From Lepidodermella squamata (taxonomy: Eukaryota > Animalia > Gastrotricha), in assembly GCA_047495785.1 (NCBI GenBank), contig JBLDXI010000038.1, positions 620,001 to 684,000 of the forward strand: a stretch of 64,000 nt of DNA. Direction: 5' to 3'. The position numbers were made by a program, and so were the translations under genes. The notes under the pieces are model-generated. The model worked only from the letters and a program-made list of their open reading frames with translations, made no database searches and was not told where the DNA came from. This document shows positions 42,847-53,754 of the stretch, one piece after another. The first letter of the stretch is position 1, and every line of letters starts with the position of its first letter.

Positions 42847-45070
42847 ATGGTAAAAATGAGTAGTTATTTGATAATCTCATTATTGTGCTTGTTCGGCTCG
42901 GCGATGAGCTCTGAATTATTCACGTCCATGGATGCTTTTCGAGGCATATTTTCTGCTCAAAAAGGAATGGCTAAAGAACTTCGGGAGTTCATTGCGACTG
43001 AAGAACTTCGACTGGCCAAGTTGGAAAGGTTAATTCGAAATTATTCCAATCGAGATGATTGCATTGAAATTATCGAAACAAAGGCATATAGCAGAACTTG
43101 AAGCCGAGTCTATGATCTCCGACGACAAGCTGCTCGACTTTTTGGCAGATCCTGTCAACGTTTTCAAACTTGTCAAGCGCCACCGCCGCGATCAACTCGA
43201 TTATTTAATGCTCATGCCAAACATGCTGACTGTGGAAGGTACCTTTATTGCCTAGAAAAGCTAAGATATTTTGGTTAAACGTGATGGTTTTAGACACTTT
43301 GGAGAAACTGAAGCCGTATGAAAAGCAACTGCCAACTGCGGAGGACTTGACGGGCTCTACTGTGGCGTTGTTTCGCCTTCAAGATACTTACCTGATCAGC
43401 CCGGCCGACTTCGCTGATGGCCGCCTACCTGGCCTCAAAACTAACAGCAGCAAACTTTCAGTAAAGGACTGCTTTGATATTGGCGTTCTTGCCTATTCAA
43501 ACAACGATCATCATCATTCGGTCATGTGGATGGAGGAGGCACTAAATCGGCTGAACCGTGAACCTTACTCTGCGAACCTTCGCCGAGCTACCATACTGGA
43601 CTACATGGCCTTTTCTCATTACAAGGTTTGAACTCTTAATAGACTGAAAGAAATTTCGCGACATTTAGAAATTATTGCCAGCTTGGGAACTTGGAAAAAG
43701 CAATCGAACGGACAAGAGAGCTGTTGGATCTCGAACCTGAGAACACGCGAGCGGCTGCTAACCTTGCAGATTATTTGCGATTAGCTGAACCTGAGAACAA
43801 AGAAGAAGCGGAAAAACTGAAGGTAGACGCAGCAGAGGCTCAGTTGTTGACACCCCATGGCGTTGATCGCGACTATACAATCTCCGAATTTGAAGCTCTT
43901 TGCCGTGGAGAGCAGATAATGGTTCGAAAACTTCTTCGTGCGAAATTTGTTTCAATTCTATCTTCAACAACAGAAAGTTCATGAAGCCCATAAACTATCC
44001 TGCGATTATGCGACAAACAATGACCCGCGACTTTTAATCGGGCCAATCAAAAGGGAGACAATCAGCATAAAGCCGTGGGTATTTGTTTACTACGACGTGA
44101 TTACTGACCGAGAAATTGAGGCGCTGGTTACTATCGCTCGTCCCAAGGTTTGTCGCAATTAAATATCATCAATCTCGGTCTCAATAAATTTTCTTCTTCA
44201 GATGGAACGAGCTGGTGTTTTTGGCCAGGGTGGAAAGGACTACAGGGTGACTCAAATGTGAGTGGAAACTTAAGGTTGATTTATATTTCCTAACTCGCGA
44301 GGTTCCAGAGCTTGGGTCAGCGACGATGAAGCTAGGGATAACTTCAATGATACCCTGAAAAATCTGTACTCTCGCATCAACGCAATCACGCAACTTAACC
44401 AAGACGCAGGCGAAAGTTTCCAAGTTGCCAACTATGGTAAAATAAACATTTTGGTTTCCTTCGAGGTTGCTAAAATTCTATGCTCTGAACAGGAATCGGT
44501 GGCCACTACGTTCCTCATTACGACTACGCGGTAATTTTTTAATTTGACTTGGTTGACTCGATCTAATTGTGGAAACAGCGATCTTTTGATGCGTCTGGCT
44601 GGGGTCCTGAAATCGGAAATCGCATCGGCACCTTGCTGTTTTACGTTAGTTTTTGCTCGCCGTTACTGAATGATCTTGTTGAATCGTAAGATTTCCAGAT
44701 GACAGACGTGCCCGCTGGCGGTGGAACTGTATTTCCGTATGTTGGGGTCAAGGTTAACGCGGTCAAAGGCTCGGCGGTGATGTGGTATAATCTGCTGAAA
44801 TCAGGCGAGGTCGACGAAGAAACGTTGCATGGCGCTTGCCCGATTTTAGTCGGCAACAAATGGGGTATAAAATCAAACGTAAGGCATTGGTGAATAGTAA
44901 ATTACTCTGTTTCAATATCAGTGGTGACACGATGGTTTCACGAACGCTCGAATGAACTGTGGCATCCGTGCGGTTTGAATGAAAACGATCGATTTTCAAT
45001 CAATGACATGCAGGAACCTTCGTCGCTTACCTACCAACGATCAATTGAACGCCTTCGCCCGATTTGGTGA
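42847..45070 (+). CDS. P4HA: Prolyl 4-hydroxylase alpha copy 4 (about 11 exons, apparently intact)
   Basis: Signal peptide, ELFTS, RLQDTY, GGHYVPHYD, GNRIGTLLFY, HGACPILVGNKW; ten short GT-AG introns by my count. Confidence 0.85.
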
Positions 45071-45425
45071 ATCTACGATGAAACGCACATGAAATACTAT
45101 TTATTTGTGATGATTTTTGAATTATTTTGGAGGCGATCAATCGAATGTCACGTTCCCAATAAAGCTCGGTCGAGAAATAGCATTCCCAGCGCATCATATA
45201 GTATAAGTAATCGACTCTCTGACGTCAAACCGATAAAACATTTCATGTTATTGCGTTGAATGTCAAACAATCATCGGTAAACAAATGAGCGGAAGTAAAA
45301 ACGAACGCTGGTATGCCTCATACGTTTTGAAATACAGAGATGCGAAATGCTTGTGAGCAGACGAAGAGCATCCTCCTTATTATTTTTTAAATTGAACTGC
45401 AAAATGCGTTTGACGTACATCATCT

Positions 45426-46646
45426 ATGTACACTGTTTTCTTCACGACAGCTTTTACTTCAGCACAGATCGATGATCGCTCAACTGACAACAATAAGACA
45501 GTATTTCAAAGGTTGCAAACGAAATTTTTCGAATTGTGCCCAGCAGCGAGTTCGAAGTATCTCCCTATCGAGACATCTCATTTCAACCGCCTTCAAGGCT
45601 TCAACACGTCTCTCAGCGTAAACGTATCAGGGCTGCTCTACCGTTTCGTCGAGATCAGCGATGTTGACAGGCGGATTTCAGTTATAGCCGTTATTGAATA
45701 CTCATGGAATTACCCATGCCAGGAATTCACTTGCGACGAGTTATTGCCAGGGACCGATCGCCTTCTCTGCAATGGGCCATCTTTCCATTTTACCGCTTCT
45801 CCCGCTGAAATTTGGACACCTTATCTTGTTCATATTAATGCTTACGAAAGATCGCGTCTCACCGGTGACGAGTTGATATCTATGCCGATTTGGGTGGATC
45901 CGCTACACCTTCGAGCGACATTTTTTTACTTCGATAGATTCGACTCTATTTGCAAAGGCTTCGAATACAGCAGATTCCCGTTTGACCACCTTGTTTGCTC
46001 TATTGCGTTTGAAGCTGAAGACAACATGGTAGTTTACAAACTTGAGCAGTTCAAAATTGATATAGGTCGGGCAGGAAATAATTACATCAAAGATATCGAA
46101 GTTTGGTCCTTGATGAAGCTTACTACGGCAGAGAGTGGCATCGAAAGCCCGTCGGGTAGTGGGAAATTTGTTAGCCGGATACTTCTTACTATGCATTATC
46201 GCCGTAAACCCGACTTTTACATCTGCAACATCTTTCTACCGACAATTTCGCTTTTCGTGATTCAACTCGCAGCTCTTCTTGTGGGTGCAGATAGTTTGGA
46301 TCGGCCGAATTTGAGCATGACGGTATTGTTGGCCTACTCTGTAATATTATCCATGATCTACGATTCGATCCCGATGACCGCCGAGCCTGTTTATGTGGTC
46401 TACATGGTGGTGACGAAATTCGTCTGCGGAGCGGTTATAACCGTATACACAATATTTGCTTGTCAACTTGCAAAATTTTACGACAGTCAAGTCAGAATCG
46501 TTGTTAGTTGTATTTCATTCTATTGGGAATTGCCGATGCCTAAATTGCTGGACTTGTTGGTCGCCTTGTTCTGTGGAATCACTGTTTTAGTCTCTGACAT
46601 TGTTTATATTTGCCTTATGACTTCAGGAACTACGTCAGTAAATTGA
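45426..46646 (+). CDS. Divergent pentameric ligand-gated ion channel subunit (intronless)
   Basis: IWTP motif, Cys-loop CKGFEYSRFPFDHLVC, pre-M1 RRKPDFY, four TM segments; start codon uncertain. Confidence 0.85.
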   Translation: MYTVFFTTAFTSAQIDDRSTDNNKTVFQRLQTKFFELCPAASSKYLPIETSHFNRLQGFNTSLSVNVSGLLYRFVEISDVDRRISVIAVIEYSWNYPCQEFTCDELLPGTDRLLCNGPSFHFTASPAEIWTPYLVHINAYERSRLTGDELISMPIWVDPLHLRATFFYFDRFDSICKGFEYSRFPFDHLVCSIAFEAEDNMVVYKLEQFKIDIGRAGNNYIKDIEVWSLMKLTTAESGIESPSGSGKFVSRILLTMHYRRKPDFYICNIFLPTISLFVIQLAALLVGADSLDRPNLSMTVLLAYSVILSMIYDSIPMTAEPVYVVYMVVTKFVCGAVITVYTIFACQLAKFYDSQVRIVVSCISFYWELPMPKLLDLLVALFCGITVLVSDIVYICLMTSGTTSVN

Positions 46647-47075
46647 TGAGATCTTGAAGGGAATAACGTTATTTCTCTCAAGGATGTTATCGCACGAGAT
46701 TTGAGCTTCTTCTTAAAGCTGTAGTTTTTTATTGAAAATGGTCAAATACTTATAATTGATCCAATAAAAAATTACTTTAAACTGTAATTAATGAGGCGTG
46801 ATTGTTATTAATAAATTGTTCCCATACAACCTAATATGCAAACATTCGAAGGAAAACTAATCGATAGAACGCATTGTCAAAAATTAAAACCAAAGAGAAA
46901 TACAGCGTTGGGGTAAGGTGCTGTATCATCCCATGCAAACAAAATTCAAATCACTCATCCCGGCAAAGGATAGATTTTTACCCACCGCTAAAGCTGGCTG
47001 AATGTTGATAAAAGAATCACGCCTGGCAGGTATCGCCTTTACATGTAATAACACTCACTTCCTATTCCAGTTGAA

Positions 47076-48410
47076 ATGACTCAAATCTCGGTGTATTTTT
47101 TAGCAATTTCGGCGTTCACTTTTATTTCTCTCGACGTGGCCAGATCAGACAATGCTACAAGCTTCATTGAAAGATTAAGCAGCAGCTTCTACGATTTATG
47201 CCCAGCAGCAAGTTCAAGTTACCTTCCGATAGAAACGTTGCGTTACAATAAATTGATCGGAAATGACGCTCTACTTAACGTCACGGTTCAAGTTTTGCTG
47301 TACAACTTTATCGAAATCAGCGATGTCGAACGGCGTTTGTCGGTTACCGCGGAAATGCGATATTATTGGGACTTTCCTTGTCCCTCAATCACATGCGAGC
47401 AACTCCTAATACGCGATGACGACAGAGTAGTTTGCAATCACTCCGAACTTCATTTCACAGCGACTGCGTCCAACGTATGGCGCCCCTCATTAGTCCAAAT
47501 CAATCCGTACGATAGAGCCCGCCCAACAAGTGATGAGCTAGCAGCAATACCTGTCTGGGTCTACCCTTTCGTTATGTCAGGTATAAACAATTTATTAAAT
47601 TATATTACTATTGATTTATTACTTTCCATGCCAGGCTTTTGGCTGCAGTTTCAACGCTTCGACTCTTCATGCAAGTGGTTCCAATTCCGGCACTTCCCTT
47701 TCGACAGCCTTAACTGCTCGCTGTCGTTTGATTCTGACGATTCGATGGTCAACTATTACGCTGACACGTTTCAAATCGATGCAACTCGTGATGGTAACAA
47801 CTTTTTGAAGGACGTCGAGGTTTGGCGTTTGGTTAGTCTCAAGGTTATATCTTCTCATGTGCAACCAAGTGGAACCAAAGTTTCCTACAGCCGAATCTAT
47901 TTCACGACAATATTTCAAAGGAAACCAAATTTCTATGTTTGCAACATATTTTTACCGACAATGGCGCTATTTCTCGTTCAGCTCATAGCCCTCTTTGTTG
48001 ATCCTGGCAGCTTAGATAGGCCGAATTTGAGTATATATCTTTATATATTTAATTATTTATTCATTTAGTTTCTCTACGTCTCTATAGGTATGGCTGTCGT
48101 TCTGGCATATGCCGTGACCCTGGAATTCATCTACCAGCTGATTCCAATGACTGCTGAACCAGTTTATCTTGTATTCATGGTTGTGACCAAATTTATTGTC
48201 GGCCTTCTCATAACGATCTACATGCTTGTTGCATGCCAAGTTGCTAAAACGCTAACCGAAAAACGAGTCATCATACAGGTGAAAAGACTCGAAATATCAT
48301 GGGACATTGCCTTAGTTAGACTCTGGGACTTTGCCGTTGCATTTTTTTCCGGAACAACGGTCGTTATTTCCGATATCGTTTATTTTTATTTAATGGTCTA
48401 TAACAAATAG
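47076..48410 (+). CDS. Paralogous pLGIC subunit (introns 47581-47634, 48031-48087)
   Basis: Signal peptide, VWRP, CKWFQFRHFPFDSLNC, QRKPNFY; collinear with the 45426 gene once the two introns are removed. Confidence 0.85.
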
Positions 48411-49546
48411 GCACTAATACCTAGACTTCAACCACCAGAAGCCTTATTTCATGTTACTGTTTCAAAAAATAAAAGCTAATCCTCAATGCCTTATGCTCGC
48501 AGATACTTGGGCTAATAGGCTTTCAGCTGCTTTCAGAACTCAAAACCGACTGAGGGCATGAGACGTATCTACGTCACATGACTGAGGGCTGTCTTGCCGG
48601 CAGCGGGAGACTCCCGGTTAGAACATGATAGATTGTTCTATGGAATTCAGCCGGAACCCTTGCCGCTCCATGGCGCGTGCCCCATGATTCTCCGTCTCAG
48701 CATCAAGAGGGTTCCCGAAGATGCATAAGAATATGCATATGTTCCTGGCTGGGTTCATTCGGTTTTAGCGTTCAATGTCAATTTTAAATAACTTGAACTT
48801 GAACCAAGCGTCATCACGTTTCTTTATGTCTGTCTTTAACGTTCAGAAACTGAAAACCAGAAATGTTAAAACTTCAGAGCAGAAATCCCAAATTCGACCG
48901 CTGCGACCTCGGCCCCCGTGATGCATGTGCTGCAGCAGTTTTTTTGCACGCAACTCAAGAAATTTGCATTGTTGAGCCAATGATTAGTTTCATGATTTCA
49001 TGCTAGAAGCATGTGATCGCAGAAACTGATTCTAAATGCGGGCGTGCATGGTGTTCTCGTCGTTTCCCAGGTGCTTTGTTAGCATAAACACCAGAGGTTG
49101 AGGAATCACGTCGTCAAGGAAAAGCTCACAGGTAAACCAACAAATGCGATTTCCACACTCAGGTTGTCGAGACTAATTAAACGGTATCAAACTTAAGGCA
49201 TGAGACACCGCGGCTTCGAAGCTCCAATATTATTTCCTTCGAAAAAATGAGCTAGAAGCGTGAATATTCACACTTTTATATAGAGCAAAAATCAGCAAGT
49301 TGGACTTTGCACCTCATTAATAAAATAAAATAATTTCTGATGTTCTGCGAGCCCTATGGTACGTCTCATGGCAAAGTAGGAAAAACCCAAAAAAATGGCC
49401 GAATTTAGGGCGCGAGATGCTCCAATGAGACAAAAAAAATCTGAAAAAAGCAAAGTGTTTTGCTTAGCTTTGACTAAAAGCTAAATTAAATCAAAGCAAA
49501 TCGGCATCACTGGATACATCACACTTCGATTGAGCTTAGGCGTTTT

Positions 49547-49845
49547 CTAAGCATCACGACGCTGGCTGCGATCGAGTAGCCGAAGACCTAGATTAGGGAG
49601 TCGTCGGTCGGCGAAGGTGCCTTTCGCGACAGTCCTGGTAGCATCTTGCGGCGAGGAGCCTTTTGGCTGGATATCCATGGCATAAAAATAAACAGTAAAG
49701 GATAAGGGCGACCCCTGCGGGACGCCGCAAAAATGTCCCTTTTGCACTTGACTACTACTAGCTTTAGTCGCAGGCCGTCGTGCCATATAACATCAAACGC
49801 AGCCTTCAAGTCCAAGAGAATAGCGACCAGCTTCTGTCGTTTGGA
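49547..49845 (-). mobile_element. LINE reverse transcriptase fragment
   Basis: LDLKAAFDVIWHDGLRLKL and GVPQGSPLS motifs in different frames. Confidence 0.75.
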
Positions 49846-49966
49846 TATCGGCAGATTACTGTTTGATGATCATTTTTGAGGTGAACACCACGTCCTCGAC
49901 GTATTATTGACCAGTTGACCTCAATTACTTCTTCAACTCTCAAATCGTTCGAGAAATTAGTACAAA

Positions 49967-51680
49967 TCACAGCCCTACGGGGTCGGCGATGCCGTAGGCG
50001 TTCTTCGCCGCGTCATACCAAATGACTGCGTAAGGCCCGTCGTAGCGCGGGTCGAGCTTGGCGCGGAATTGGTCAATGCGTTCCACGCCGACGTAGTCGC
50101 CAGGCGCGAATGTGTGATGGTTGGCGCGGGCTTCGTTGATGCGGCGGCGTCGTTCTTGAGCCGCGTCAAGTCCTAAGCGCACGACGCGGTGGAGTTCGTG
50201 CAGGCGCTTTGATCGGACCTCGGCTTGCATTGCCACGTTGCCGTCGGGGCGAGCTACGCCGGCATGCGGGCCAGCCATGAATCTGATGGTGGTCTTGGGC
50301 GGCATGGCGAACACGGCCTCGTGCGGGGAAACGCCGGTGGCTTCGTGCTGAGCCGTGCGGTAGGCGCGCATGACCTGAGGGATGCACAGGTGCCACGAGC
50401 GGCCTGTCTCCGCAACGACTGCGTGCAGCATGTCGGCGATCGTACGATGGGCGCGTTCTAAAACTGAATTGCCCCGCGGGTTGTAGGCGGTGGTGCGGCG
50501 TTTTCGGATGCCGAGGGCAGCGCAGAAGGCGCGCATCATAGCCCCGTCGACGTTTGTGCCCTGGTCTGACAGCAGTTCATCCGGCAACTCGAACTCGTGG
50601 AAGATTCGCACGAGCGCGTCGATAATAGTAGGCGCCTTAGTCGAGCGTAGCGGGACGGCGAAGGCAAATTTCGTAAACGCGTCTATTACCGTCAAAATCC
50701 AGCGATGGTTCTGCGACGAGGGCGGTAGCGGGCCAACCAGGTCGATAGCCATCAACGACCACGGCTCGTTGGGACCACGGATGGGGCGCAACGGCTGCGT
50801 TGATGGCTGGTTGGAGGCTTTGCGCCTCGCGCAGATGAGGCAACGGCGGCAATAGTCGCGAACAGCCGAAAATTGGCCGACGAAGTAGAAGTAGTCGCGA
50901 CACCGGGCCAGGGTCTTGTTTCGGCCACAGTGCGCGACAGTCGGACAGTTATGAGCGGCGGCGAGAACGTCCGGTTGTAGTGCGGACGGGCAGATGACGC
51001 ATAACCGCGGCAGGTCACGATCCCGAACGGTGATGTAAAAAACGCCAAAGTCGTCAGTTGACACGTCGTGTAGTTGCTTGGCTAGTACCTTTCCCTGCCA
51101 CGAGAGTGCAGACAAATCGAGCGGGTGTTCGCGCGAGTTTTCGTGGTGGCGGATGACCGGGCCGTAGTTAGGATCGCTGAGCTGAGCGCGACGGAGGTCG
51201 GCTGGCACGAGGCGGAGCGAGTCGGCGACTGCCAGCGAGGCGTAGGTGTGGGAAGGCAACGGCAAACGGCAGCGATGCGTAATCAGCACAGGCGCGGGTG
51301 ACGGTCGCACTTTAAAGGCGGAATGACATCACCAAGGATGTTGAAGCACAGCGGCGGAGAGGTGAAAACAGCCGGCGCGTGCAGCGACTCGTCATCAGGC
51401 ATCTTGCGCGATAGGCCATCAGCATAATTGAGACGACCCGGTCGGTGGACGATAGTAAAGTCCAGCCCCGACAGCTTTTCAATGTATCCAAAGAGGCGCT
51501 TGGAGGGAGTCTTCATCGAATTAAGCCACAGGAGTGCTCGGCAGTCGGTCTCAATGACAAATGGCTGCCCGAGCAACATCTCCCAGTTCTTTTCGCAGCC
51601 GAAGACTATCGCAAGGCACTCCTTGTCCAGCGAGCTGTAATTGCGTTCGGCCGGAGTCAGCAGGCGGCGGCATTGCGACG
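49967..51680 (-). mobile_element. Ty3/Gypsy pol fragment (RNase H, integrase Zn finger, rve core)
   Basis: FVIETDCRAL..IVHRPGRLNYADGLSR; H..HCG..C..C; AIDLVGPLP, LLSDQG, ERAHRTI; one frameshift near 51300; GC-rich. Confidence 0.92.
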
Positions 51681-53190
51681 ACTCTTTGTTGAATCAGGCC
51701 ATAAATGTGTGAAAATAAATTGAAAAAGTTATTCATCCTGATTAAATATATTTGACCTCGAGTGCCATCAAATGGGCGCGTCCAGAGAGAATGGGGCTTT
51801 TGCCATATAATAGGGCGCCATTATTTGCTTATTTTTATAGCGAAAAAACGTCATTACGGTCGCAGTATAAAATTATCCGGAATTGAAAAATTAAATTTTA
51901 AAAAATTCCTTGGTTTGTTTTTTATCTCATTTTTAACCGCAAAAAACGATATGAGCTACGAACGTGATGTTTTCACCGCTAGAAAGCCCGCAAAATTCTG
52001 CTCTACTAACAGTGATTTTATCATGCTAGGACGCTTTCCAGGTTGCTGCAAATTCTGCAAACTGCGAAATTTCGAAATTTTCAAGTTTTAAGGTGGACTC
52101 TGCCTGAATTTTTTGGACTTTTTTGCCCGCAATAACTCCGCAACTGTGATAGCTAGCAATTTGTGCTTAATCTCATTCGATTCCTGGTGAAATTTTGAGT
52201 ATAGTGGCGGCGTAATATTTTGCACTCAAAGAGCGGGAGCGGTTAATAATTGCGGTTGAAAAGACAAAAATGGGAGTGCGCATACTAAAATGGACTCAGC
52301 TAATATCATCGAACCTTTATTTTCTTTTCTCGTACCATTTTGACTTAAAGCGTCGGAAATACAAAAATTCCATGAAAAGTAAATTATTCCATCGGAATGA
52401 CTCATTTTGATTGATTTCATCGGAACACGCAACTACTTCATCGTAACATCAGCTTAAACCGTCGGAACTTACCTGCATTCTAACGGCAGTAATATACGCG
52501 TAGAATCTGACATTGTAGACGACGGGCTCAAAATCGGGAAATTGTGATGCCTCTTTAGACCATTTCCCGTGCAACAATAGAAAAAAACCGTCAGGTAATT
52601 CTCGCTTCACTCACGAGGGCTGATTATTCTAGGATCTAGGAGAATTTGCCTTTTTAGTATTGTTTCCATGTGTGAAACGGATAGGCTTTGCCGATGTGTC
52701 CAGTTGAGAACGAGCTCTTAAATCAAATTCATTCACCCCATTTTACTCGAAGTTGGGTGAGCATTTGAGGTGGTTTTTGGGAATTTGAGAAAGTTGATGC
52801 TGCCTTATCTTCCAATGACGGCTATGATAGATGACGCGTGTTACACGTGACGCTTTATCAATAAAGTAGTAGCAGCAGCACCCTATTTTCGAATGGCTAC
52901 GTGGAGATAGGGTAGATATAGGATAGATAGGTGAGGATAGATAGGATATATAGATTTATTGCTATCGAATACATTTTTTGCTCTGTTACGGTTAATATCA
53001 TGTTGCTAGCATGCGAAGATTAACGCGCGGACACTGTTTTGGATATTCCGACGGTCGTTAGACGTGTCTGCGTACGGTGCAGGTTGCGCGACCTACACTA
53101 TTGATCGTTCAGTTCGCATATTATCAAGCCCTGATTTAATTCCGACGGTGTTAAGACATTGCACTATTAGCGCGATCGCACGCTAACGTC

Positions 53191-53577
53191 TACATTACAT
53201 TACATTACATTACATTATCTTATATGCATTTAACGTCGGCATATAACTTCACCTCATGATACCTAGCCGAGGCTCGATGTTAGCCTCGCGCGTAAGTGTT
53301 GAGGGAGGACCGCGCTCACATGGCGCTATCCTGGGTCACACGACGCACCTACAGATCCCTACACCCCTTCTAGAGCGTACAGCGTACTCATGGATATGTA
53401 CTCTATCGTACCTCTAGCGTCAAGGGGCCTCGAGCATTGGTTTCACATTGTCTACTCGAGTAGCATTTTTTTGTCTCACCAGTGGATTGCTAAACCACCG
53501 TCGGGCGTCAGCGGGCGTTGAACCCACGACCTTATGCACATAGGCTAGCTTCCTTATCCACTAGGCTAGTGCTCCCC
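53191..53577 (-). mobile_element. tRNA-derived SINE
   Basis: Minus strand: A-box TAGCCTAGTGG, B-box GGTTCAACGCC, 3' tail (ATGTA)5. Confidence 0.7.
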
Positions 53578-53582
53578 ATCTA

Positions 53583-53754
53583 CAGGGTGGCCAAATAAGC
53601 CGCAGAAGGCGAAATTTATGAGCACCATTTTGATGAGTTTCAAGAAATTTAGGAGTTCCATCGTGAAAAGAATGCTTCAAGAATTTGTCAATTTCTCCTC
53701 CTCATTAAATTGATGCGCATCAAATTCGCCTTTCGCGGCTTATAAACCGCCCTG
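53583..53754. mobile_element. Tc1/mariner-type MITE
   Basis: TA-CAGGGTGG...CCGCCCTG-TA with imperfect ~45-bp inverted arms. Confidence 0.65.

Noticed and set aside
12066-51680. Single Gypsy element linking the gag-like ORF at 12.4 kb and pol at 50-51.7 kb
   Set aside because: The order on the minus strand would be pol before gag, host genes lie between, and no LTR pair was seen; the possible PBS near 12560 is unconvincing.
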